From: an uncultured Flavipsychrobacter sp.
Lineage (GTDB): Bacteria > Bacteroidota > Bacteroidia > Chitinophagales > Chitinophagaceae
DNA: 64,000 nt
Assembly (NCBI GenBank): GCA_964531655.1
Contig: CAZHDM010000003.1
Location: 185,712 to 249,711 of the forward strand
Direction of reading: 5' to 3'
This document shows, piece by piece, positions 36,670 to 44,358 of this stretch. A program made the translations under genes and the position numbers. The notes beneath the pieces were generated by a model. It saw only the letters and a list, made by a program, of their open reading frames with translations. It was not told where the DNA came from and ran no database searches. Position 1 is the first letter of the stretch. Every line of letters begins with the position of its first letter.

Positions 36670-38421
36670 CTATTTTTTACCGAACTTTCTAAATGCTTGA
36701 ATGGTTTGGTATACCATGTACGATATAAATATTCTACCGACATAATCTATTATTCGTGCTAATGGAGTAACCTTATCTTCTTCTATAAAGGATGGCTGTT
36801 TACGTATGGGGTTTAGAAACTCAAAGGAGTGAGAAAAAAGCAACCAAAATTGCTCCATATCATCTCCAAACCTATATCCAATAGCCCAACAATAAGCACT
36901 AAAGAACAACCATACCATAGCCATAGTCATTCCAGTAGCTAAAAGCCAGTTGGTACCATAATAATTAGACCATCTATTGAGAAACAAATTGAAACGCTCT
37001 ACATTTCTATTTTTAATTTCTTTATTCTCTCTCAATAACTGTCTATACACTTCCATTTCCTGAGCTCTCATCTCCAATGCCCTCACTGTATCACCCTGAT
37101 TCTCGTATACTTTTTTAAATTGCCCTAATGCAAGTCTCCTTTGCTCATTACTATCTTTAACGTTCTTATTAATATCTTTAGCATGAGGTAACTTCGTATC
37201 AGCTAAAAAAACTTCAAGCATCTTTGAATTTTTGAATATAAAACTTTCAAAATCCGACAAATCACATCCGATAAATTGTGTATCACCTAAATCAGAGTTT
37301 ATAATACATATATCTGACTTTATTTTAAGATAAACGAGTGTTTTTATAATCAAAAATTTATATACAGCACTGTAGGGAAACAAATAATTTTCTGTTGCTG
37401 TACTATTTAATATTTTAAAAATATACTTATGCCTTAATGCTTTTATATCATTAAACACTATCCTCCCTTTGTTATTTAATGTATTGAATTCTAATGATTT
37501 AATATCTGTTTCAGATATTTGTAAGTTCGTATCGTTTGCTATTACTGATTGGTTTAATACTAATTTGTTTACTATAGACCTTATACTATTCTTATGAAAA
37601 GATTTAATTACTACATTATTAAAATTATCCATCAGGAAATGAAGAACGGTAATATCACAGGAGCTTATATTGAGGTTTTTAGACTTTTCTTTGAACGAAT
37701 AAAAATATACAGACAAGAAATTACAACTCTTTAGTTGAACATCTTCAATAATTGCTTTATCAACAATAAGGGTTTTTATCTTTGCGTCAAGAATGCGCAG
37801 TATGTCAACTTTTACTCCATTTATATCTATAGTTTCAACGAAAGAGTTATAAATACTATTTTCTTTGAATCTACCTCCTCTTATTTCATATCTTATTATT
37901 TCTGAATCGCTAATGCGAATATCATCTATTCTTGATTTATTCATGATGATGTACTCAAAATCAGACACTCTTAGATTAATTATATAGAGGTTAGAATTAT
38001 CAATTCTAATCTTCTTTAAATCACTTAGATCAGTTCTAAGAGCTCCTAGTGAAGAATATTCAATTGACATATATCTGATAGTAGAATTAGAAAGGATTAT
38101 ATTGTCTATTGTAGTACTTTCTATCTGGAAACTATCAATCACAGTATTCTCTATATCTATAAATATTCCGCTGGTATTGTTTATAAGAAAACTGTCTATA
38201 GTAATATTTTTCAATTCTAACTTGGGTAAGACTCTCTCATTCTCGATATTGACATCATCAATTATAAAGTTGTCAAATACTACATATTGCTCACCCCAAT
38301 AATTTCTCTGATAATACTCCTCATAACACTCTACGCCTTTATAATCACCTCTCCAAATCTTAATAAACTCTTTTGCTGATATCTTTTTGCGCTGGGGTTG
38401 CTCTTGCGGTGCTTGGTTCAT
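36670..38421 (-). CDS. 583-aa hypothetical protein with degenerate pentapeptide-like beta-helix repeats and a C-terminal transmembrane hairpin
   Basis: About 20-residue periodicity, e.g. IDIENTVIDSFQIESTTIDN / IILSNSTIRYMSIEYSSLGA / LRTDLSDLKKIRIDNSNLYI / INLRVSDFEYIIMNKSRIDD / IRISDSEIIRYEIRGGRFKE. C-terminal hydrophobic segments NWLLATGMTMAMVWLFFSAYCWAIGY and IIDYVGRIFISYMVYQTIQAF. The DNA is very AT-rich. Confidence 0.6.
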   Translation of the reverse strand: MNQAPQEQPQRKKISAKEFIKIWRGDYKGVECYEEYYQRNYWGEQYVVFDNFIIDDVNIENERVLPKLELKNITIDSFLINNTSGIFIDIENTVIDSFQIESTTIDNIILSNSTIRYMSIEYSSLGALRTDLSDLKKIRIDNSNLYIINLRVSDFEYIIMNKSRIDDIRISDSEIIRYEIRGGRFKENSIYNSFVETIDINGVKVDILRILDAKIKTLIVDKAIIEDVQLKSCNFLSVYFYSFKEKSKNLNISSCDITVLHFLMDNFNNVVIKSFHKNSIRSIVNKLVLNQSVIANDTNLQISETDIKSLEFNTLNNKGRIVFNDIKALRHKYIFKILNSTATENYLFPYSAVYKFLIIKTLVYLKIKSDICIINSDLGDTQFIGCDLSDFESFIFKNSKMLEVFLADTKLPHAKDINKNVKDSNEQRRLALGQFKKVYENQGDTVRALEMRAQEMEVYRQLLRENKEIKNRNVERFNLFLNRWSNYYGTNWLLATGMTMAMVWLFFSAYCWAIGYRFGDDMEQFWLLFSHSFEFLNPIRKQPSFIEEDKVTPLARIIDYVGRIFISYMVYQTIQAFRKFGKK

Positions 38422-38464
38422 GCGTGTTTGTGATATTAGTGCTGGTTATATATTACAAAATACC

Positions 38465-38533
38465 TCTTTCTTTTTACTTCAAAAGAAAGAAGCAAAGAAA
38501 ACCGCCAAGCATTTATGACGTTCAAATGCTTGG
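38465..38533 (-). promoter_or_regulatory. two adjacent stem-loops in the upstream region of the 583-aa ORF
   Basis: 38465-38490 has a 10-bp stem, TCTTTCTTTT/AAAAGAAAGA. 38505-38533 has a perfect 10-bp stem, CCAAGCATTT/AAATGCTTGG, with a 9-nt loop. Confidence 0.3.
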
Positions 38534-38610
38534 AGTATATCTATGTGGCAGCAGTGCTACTGTAGTTATGAGCTTTATAAAGTTTATTTGTAGTTGAAAA
38601 TACAATCAAA

Positions 38611-38638
38611 CAAAAACGGCTCGCCAATGGCGAGCCGT
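38611..38638 (-). terminator. rho-independent terminator after the FAH-family gene
   Basis: The minus strand reads ACGGCTCGCC-ATT-GGCGAGCCGT followed by TTTTTG. Confidence 0.8.
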
Positions 38639-38665
38639 AATGTGCTATATCTCGTTCAGAGTATA

Positions 38666-39676
38666 TTATTGATTCTTCTTCAGTGCCAGCAGGCTGAAGT
38701 CTGTATCTTCTTTTACAATTGTGTTCTTCAATCTGCCTAGTCCTTCTATCTCCATCTCTACCACATCGCCGGGTTGTAACCACTGCGGCTGATAGTTAGG
38801 ATCATTGAACAAGCCTGTACCGTTCAGCTCCAGTAAGCAACCTGTACCTACAGTACCGCTACCTATCACATCGCCCGGCAGTACATCTGCACCATAAGCA
38901 CAACGCTCGATGATCTCAGCAAATGTCCAGTCCATATCGCCCATGCTGCCTTCGCTCAGTAGCTTACCATTCACCCAGCATTTCATTTTCAGGTCGTAGT
39001 TGTTACCGGTGTGTCCGTCTTTAGCAGGTACGCGCCATTTTTCCAGCTCGTCAGGCGTTACCATTATCGGGCCTATCACTGTACTGAAGTCTTTACCTTT
39101 TGCAGGGCCAAGGTTCAGCTTCATCTCTTCCATCTGCATCAGGCGGGCACTCATATCATTCATGATCATGTAGCCTGCTATGTAGTTATCAGCTTCTTCA
39201 GCTTTTATGTTGCGGCCTTTTTTACCTACTACTACTGCTGCTTCCAATTCAAAATCCAGCTTATTGAAATGGTCGGGCATACAAACGATGTCACCGGGGC
39301 CTTGTATCGCATTATGATTAGTGAAGTACCATATCGGGAACTGGTCGAACTCAGGTATCATATCCACCTTACGGTTGCGGCGTGCTGCTGCTACGTGCTG
39401 GCGGAAGGCATAACCATCGCGGCAAGACGTAGGGTGTGGCACAGGTGCCAATATGTTAGCTCCGTCAAAAGCCAATGGTTCTGCACTCGTATTCTGTCCG
39501 CTCTTGATATCATCTTCCGTTCTGCGTGCTACATCTTCCATGCTCTCCCAGTTGTCCAACATATCTTTCATATTGTCGGGCAGCCTGTTGTTGGCAGCAT
39601 TGGTGTCATATAATGCATCGTTGATATAAAATGCCAGTTGCTCTTTTCCTTCTTTTGAATACGTTACCAGTTTCAT
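38666..39676 (-). CDS. fumarylacetoacetate hydrolase (FAH) family protein
   Basis: DFELEAAVVVGKKG and GDVIGSGTVGTG regions typical of the FAH fold. 336 aa. Confidence 0.85.
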   Translation of the reverse strand: MKLVTYSKEGKEQLAFYINDALYDTNAANNRLPDNMKDMLDNWESMEDVARRTEDDIKSGQNTSAEPLAFDGANILAPVPHPTSCRDGYAFRQHVAAARRNRKVDMIPEFDQFPIWYFTNHNAIQGPGDIVCMPDHFNKLDFELEAAVVVGKKGRNIKAEEADNYIAGYMIMNDMSARLMQMEEMKLNLGPAKGKDFSTVIGPIMVTPDELEKWRVPAKDGHTGNNYDLKMKCWVNGKLLSEGSMGDMDWTFAEIIERCAYGADVLPGDVIGSGTVGTGCLLELNGTGLFNDPNYQPQWLQPGDVVEMEIEGLGRLKNTIVKEDTDFSLLALKKNQ

Positions 39677-39796
39677 ATTATCTAATTTTTTAGAGGATGG
39701 TAAAATTAAACGATATAAAACGTTTAAGAAACTTTTACGTCATTTAGCCACCATAATAGCCCGAATTTCATATTATTGTAACAAACGTATTAACAT

Positions 39797-40456
39797 ATGG
39801 CAGCATCATACGATCAAGTATTTGAGAATAACAGAAAATGGGTAGAAGAAACTAAAGGCGCTACAACTACTGACTTTTTTGAGAAACTGGCACTAGGTCA
39901 ATCGCCGGACTATTTATATATAGGTTGTGCAGATAGCCGCGTACCTGCAAACGAGATCATGGGTCTTGACCCGGGGGATGTGTTCGTACACAGAAATGTT
40001 GCCAACCTGGTAAATAACATTGACCTGAATGTGATGAGCTGCCTGAACTATGCGGTGGAACACTTGAAGGTGAAGCACGTGGTAGTATGTGGTCACTACG
40101 GTTGCGGTGGTGTGAAGGCTGCCATGCAATCTCAGGATCTGGGTATACTGAACCCATGGCTGAGAAACATAAGAGATGTATATCGTCTCCATCAGGCTGA
40201 GCTAAGTGCTATAGCTGATGAAGATGAAAGATATAACAGACTGGTAGAGCTGAACGTAGAGGAGCAGTGCTTTAACGTAGCTAAAACTGCAGTAGTACAA
40301 AAAGCATATATACAGGGTAAAACACCTATAGTTCACGGCTGGGTGTTCGACATCAAAACAGGGTTATTAAAAGACCTGAAACTTGACTTTGAAGCTATGC
40401 TGAAAAAGATACAAGAAGTGTACGACCTTACGGGCGAACTATCGACACACGTGTAG
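39797..40456 (+). CDS. can: beta-class carbonic anhydrase
   Basis: Zinc ligands in CADSRVP and HYGCGG. Confidence 0.9.
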   Translation: MAASYDQVFENNRKWVEETKGATTTDFFEKLALGQSPDYLYIGCADSRVPANEIMGLDPGDVFVHRNVANLVNNIDLNVMSCLNYAVEHLKVKHVVVCGHYGCGGVKAAMQSQDLGILNPWLRNIRDVYRLHQAELSAIADEDERYNRLVELNVEEQCFNVAKTAVVQKAYIQGKTPIVHGWVFDIKTGLLKDLKLDFEAMLKKIQEVYDLTGELSTHV

Positions 40457-40477
40457 TCGTAAAATTTCTGAATCATT

Positions 40478-40485
40478 TATTTTTG
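40478..40485 (+). promoter_or_regulatory. candidate -7 box (TATTTTTG) only 6 nt before the acyltransferase ATG (near-leaderless mRNA)
   Basis: Exact TAnnTTTG match. It overlaps the upstream TTG that the ORF track used as the start. Confidence 0.4.
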
Positions 40486-40491
40486 CAGCAG

Positions 40492-41340
40492 ATGTATTAT
40501 CTGCTGCTTTTTATTTTATACCCTTTATCGCTACTGCCGTTTGGTGTGCTATATCTACTGTCGGACGTGGGGTATGTATTGCTGTATCATGTGTTCAGCT
40601 ACAGGAAGCAGCTGGTATACAATAACCTGAAGCACGCCTTCCCCAATAAGACGGATGCAGAGCTAAAAACTATCAGAAAAAAGTTTTACCGCAGCTTTTG
40701 CGATCAGTGGGTAGAGACCATCAAGCTGTTATCTATATCGGAGGAGTCACTCAATAAGCGCATCACAGGCAACTGGTCTGTATTTCATGAATTGCATCAA
40801 GAAGGAAAAAACACGTACGCTCTATTGGGGCATAGCTTCAACTGGGAATGGGCCAATGTAGTGTGCCAGTATAATTGCGAACAGGTATTTGCAGGTGTAT
40901 ACATGCCGCAAAAAAGTGCGGGATTCGATAAACTGCTGCAGCGCATACGTACCTCCGGTGGTGGCTGGCAGATATCTATGAAGGCTAAGAGAGGTTTTCA
41001 GCAATTGAATGATGTGCAGTATATAGTAGGGCTCATGGCCGACCAGAACCCGCCCATAGTAAAAGCTGCTACGTGGCACAGGTTCATGCATCGTGAAGCA
41101 CCTTTCTTTAACGGGCCTGAGGTGTTGGCTAAAAGAGCAGGAGCAGCAGTAATATTTGCCGGTATAAAAAAAGTGAAGCGCGGATACTATGAGATAACCC
41201 TACACAAAATAACTGACGATGCTACTACTTTACCTAAAGGTGAATTGATGCAACAGTACGTTTCTTTTATGGAAGGACAACTGAATGCTCAACCGGAGAA
41301 CTGGCTATGGACCCACCGCAGATGGAAACATCAGCGTTAA
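40492..41340 (+). CDS. lipid A biosynthesis (Kdo)2-lipid IVA acyltransferase family (LpxL/HtrB-like)
   Basis: Start trimmed to the ATG (MYYLLLFILYPL). N-terminal TM segment and an HSFNWE (HX4E) acyltransferase motif. Confidence 0.75.
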   Translation: MYYLLLFILYPLSLLPFGVLYLLSDVGYVLLYHVFSYRKQLVYNNLKHAFPNKTDAELKTIRKKFYRSFCDQWVETIKLLSISEESLNKRITGNWSVFHELHQEGKNTYALLGHSFNWEWANVVCQYNCEQVFAGVYMPQKSAGFDKLLQRIRTSGGGWQISMKAKRGFQQLNDVQYIVGLMADQNPPIVKAATWHRFMHREAPFFNGPEVLAKRAGAAVIFAGIKKVKRGYYEITLHKITDDATTLPKGELMQQYVSFMEGQLNAQPENWLWTHRRWKHQR

Positions 41341-42212
41341 GGCACTATTACTTTTTGTTTTGCAGTATCCAGCCTGAATTTTATTTCATTACCACAGTTG
41401 TGAGCATCGCCATCTGTTTGCATCAGGTTGAGGTCAGGATGGCTGAGTGTTATCTCTTTGGCACGTGTATGAGTTACGTAGGGACTATTAGTAATAGTAC
41501 CATTCATAGCACGCAACACTAAAGCACCGCCTAAAAACTTCGGGAACTTTCTGATGATGACTACATCCAGCAAGCCATCTGTCCAGCTGGCTTGTGGTGC
41601 TATCTGAAAGTTGTAACCGAACTGCCTGCCATTAGCAACACTGATGATAAATGCTTTCTCGTTTAGCTTCTTCCCATCTATTGTGATGTTCCAGTTCCAC
41701 TCTTTGTAGCTCCACATATAGCGGGTAACCAACCAACTGTACATGGCAAAACCACGGCGTACACTTTTTGCAAATTTCTTAGATATCAATGCGTCAAAGG
41801 CAACACCTGCGTTACTGATAAAAGGTCGGTCGTTAGCATAGGCAATATCCATCATGATGCTATTGCCTTTATTAATAACATCAATAGCTGCCTGCTCCTT
41901 TAATGGTATTTGCATACTGCGCGCCATACCATTACCACTACCTTTAGGAATGATGGCTAATGCTGTGTTGGTATCTAATAGTCCGGTAACGATATCATTC
42001 ACAGAACCGTCGCCACCGACGGCTACTACTGCATAAGCACCTTTATCTGCAGCAACTTTGGCTAGCTCGGTGCCGTGCTTGGCATATTGGGTATGTTGTA
42101 TCTCGTAGGTGAATTGTTCTTGGTCGAGACGGGCGTCAATAGCTGTTTGTATAGCTTTTTCTCTCTCAACGCCCGATTTAGGGTTTATAATAAAAACGAG
42201 ATGTTTTTTCAT
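41337..42212 (-). CDS. diacylglycerol-kinase-family lipid kinase (YegS/BmrU-like)
   Basis: VVAVGGDGSVNDIV nucleotide-binding motif. 291 aa. Confidence 0.8.
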   Translation of the reverse strand: MKKHLVFIINPKSGVEREKAIQTAIDARLDQEQFTYEIQHTQYAKHGTELAKVAADKGAYAVVAVGGDGSVNDIVTGLLDTNTALAIIPKGSGNGMARSMQIPLKEQAAIDVINKGNSIMMDIAYANDRPFISNAGVAFDALISKKFAKSVRRGFAMYSWLVTRYMWSYKEWNWNITIDGKKLNEKAFIISVANGRQFGYNFQIAPQASWTDGLLDVVIIRKFPKFLGGALVLRAMNGTITNSPYVTHTRAKEITLSHPDLNLMQTDGDAHNCGNEIKFRLDTAKQKVIVP

Positions 42213-43051
42213 GAGTCTAATTTTGCTTTCAGGCTCAGGTCCATACTCACCGCGTGATGTATTATGGCCCCGACCGATATAAAGTCTACACCCGTTCGGG
42301 CATATTGTTCTATAGTTGACAATGTGATTCCTCCTGATGCTTCTGTTTCGTATTTGCCATCTATAAGTTCAATGGCTTCTTCCAGTTGCTCAGGTGTATA
42401 ATTATCCAGCATGATACGGTGTACACCACCGTGCTCAAGTACTCTTCTTACATCATCCAGCTTGCGTGTTTCTATCTCAATTTGTAAACGCAAAGCGTTT
42501 TGACGCAGGTATTCATTAGTTCTATCAATAGCTTTTTCTATACCACCACAAAAGTCGATATGGTTATCCTTCAGCATGATCATATCATACAAGCCCATAC
42601 GATGGTTATAACCACCACCTATCCTTACTGCCTCTTTTTCAAATGCTCTGAATAGTGGCGTGGTCTTACGCGTATCCAGCACCTTTGTTTTGTAGCTCTT
42701 TATCTTATCTACATACTGATGTGTAATGCTGGCTATACCACTCATGCGTTGCATACAGTTGAGTGCCAGCCTTTCTGCCTGAAGTATAGTATGCACTTTT
42801 GCAGATACTTCAAAAGCAGTTTCTCCACGCTCCACTTTATCACCATCACGCTTGTGCAGTACAAACTCTGCACCCGGCTCTAAATGATGAAAGATATCCT
42901 GAGCAAGATCTATACCTGCTATGATACCATCCTCTTTTATCTTAAGTACGGCTGTACCTTTTGCTTGAGGAGAAATACTGGCTAATGTAGAGTGATCTCC
43001 GTCTTTGATATCCTCTTCCAGTGCGGCAATTATGAATTCTTTTGTATTCAC
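42209..43051 (-). CDS. nadC: nicotinate-nucleotide pyrophosphorylase (carboxylating)
   Basis: LDTRKTTPLFRAFEKEAVRIGGGYNHRMGLYD and the C-terminal GVDFISVGAI. GTG start. Confidence 0.9.
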   Translation of the reverse strand: MNTKEFIIAALEEDIKDGDHSTLASISPQAKGTAVLKIKEDGIIAGIDLAQDIFHHLEPGAEFVLHKRDGDKVERGETAFEVSAKVHTILQAERLALNCMQRMSGIASITHQYVDKIKSYKTKVLDTRKTTPLFRAFEKEAVRIGGGYNHRMGLYDMIMLKDNHIDFCGGIEKAIDRTNEYLRQNALRLQIEIETRKLDDVRRVLEHGGVHRIMLDNYTPEQLEEAIELIDGKYETEASGGITLSTIEQYARTGVDFISVGAIIHHAVSMDLSLKAKLDS

Positions 43052-43144
43052 TATCAGTACTTGCTTTTGTAAAGCTACTAAATTACGTCACGCAGCCGTA
43101 AGATGTAACTATTTCTTAATGTTGAAGTAAAACGACTTTTGTAA

Positions 43145-44356
43145 TTATTGATGCCATAAAAGACATCCATCTCCATAGCTAAGAAAACGATAGTCGTTCT
43201 TCAATGCGTGTTCATATATAGTCTTCCATTCATCGCCAATAATAGCAGCTACTAATAATAGCAATGTGCTCTGTGGTTGGTGAAAATTGGTGACCAATCC
43301 ATCAATGACCTTTGGCGTATATGGTGGTGCTATGAGTATCTGCGTACGGGTGACTAATCTGGTTTCGCGATGCAATAACAGCCAATCTACTATTGCCTGT
43401 AGTGCATGCTTCATAGAATGGTTTGTTGATAATTCGTAAGGCTCCCACTGTGTCACTGCATATCCTGAGAAGTCAGGTGCTATATGTTCCAGTAGTTTTA
43501 CACCTATCCAATACAAACTTTCCAAAGTGCGCATAGTAGTAGTACCCACAGCTACTATCGTTTTATCAGCATGATCTATGAGTTGCTCTAGTAGTTCTAC
43601 ATCCGCACTTATCCATTCGGCATGCATCTCATGACCTTCTATAGTCTCCGACTTTACCGGCATGAACGTACCAGCCCCCACATGTAACTCTACGAATGAA
43701 GTTTTAATCTGCTTGTCCTGCAAGGTTCTCATTACATGGTCAGTAAAGTGCAGACCTGCAGTAGGTGCTGCAACACTTCCTTCTGTTTTAGCATAGATGG
43801 TTTGGTAACGCTCCGTGTCGGATGTTTCTGCGTCTCTATGCAAATAAGGAGGCAAGGGCACCTTACCAGCTATATGTAATACTTCGGCAAAGCTCTGCTC
43901 TGTATCCCAGCTTAGCTCAATGGTAAATGAGCCGGTACTTCTTTCTACAATACTTGCTTTAAGTGTAAAGGTTTCTTGCTGCTGCTCTAATATCAGCCCG
44001 TGCTTCCATTTACTGGCTCCACCTATCATACACTTCCACCATACTTTCTGCGTTTCCTGCATAGCGGTCTGCACGTCAGCATATTGCTCATGAGGCTCTA
44101 AGCAAAAGACCTCTATGACTCCACCTGTCTCTTTTCTGAATAATAATCTTGCCTGCACTACCTTGGTTTGGTTGAATACCATGAGTGTATCGGCAGGTAT
44201 ATGTGTTGCTATGTTACGATAAGTGTCCTCTTCTATATCATCCTTCCTGTACACCAACAGTTTAGATGCATCACGTTCTTCCAGTGGGTATTTAGCCACT
44301 CTCTCATCAGGCAGGTCGTAAGTAAAATCTTTTATGCTTAAATCTTTCGGATGCAT
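43145..44356 (-). CDS. queA: S-adenosylmethionine:tRNA ribosyltransferase-isomerase
   Basis: N-terminus FTYDLPDERVAKYPLEERDASKLLVY and ...AAPTAGLHFT. Confidence 0.9.
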   Translation of the reverse strand: MHPKDLSIKDFTYDLPDERVAKYPLEERDASKLLVYRKDDIEEDTYRNIATHIPADTLMVFNQTKVVQARLLFRKETGGVIEVFCLEPHEQYADVQTAMQETQKVWWKCMIGGASKWKHGLILEQQQETFTLKASIVERSTGSFTIELSWDTEQSFAEVLHIAGKVPLPPYLHRDAETSDTERYQTIYAKTEGSVAAPTAGLHFTDHVMRTLQDKQIKTSFVELHVGAGTFMPVKSETIEGHEMHAEWISADVELLEQLIDHADKTIVAVGTTTMRTLESLYWIGVKLLEHIAPDFSGYAVTQWEPYELSTNHSMKHALQAIVDWLLLHRETRLVTRTQILIAPPYTPKVIDGLVTNFHQPQSTLLLLVAAIIGDEWKTIYEHALKNDYRFLSYGDGCLLWHQ

Positions 44357-44358
44357 GA

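Noticed and set aside
38373-38597. Hydrophobic 74-aa plus-strand ORF overlapping the start of the 583-aa gene. It could in principle be a small antitoxin or immunity peptide.
   Set aside because: It has a non-ATG start, spans both hairpins and runs into the FAH terminator region. There is no supporting promoter signal, and hydrophobic translations are expected from T-rich DNA. It is worth a glance only if Ribo-seq data exist.
35903-38665. The TerS-like locus as an intact prophage or classical integrative island.
   Set aside because: Only two ORFs are present. No integrase, recombinase, tRNA, flanking direct repeat, capsid, portal or large-terminase gene is visible in the window. It is kept as a finding only as a minimal module or remnant.
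39011-39613. 200-aa plus-strand ORF antisense to the FAH-family gene. Similar long antisense ORFs occur at 2152-2643, 14893-15363, 24827-25213, 25439-25921 and 29094-29647.
   Set aside because: Each lies entirely inside a confidently identified gene on the other strand. Each also translates to low-complexity, Cys/His/Phe/Ser-rich sequence with no recognisable motif. This is the expected by-product of codon bias, not a sign of overlapping genes.
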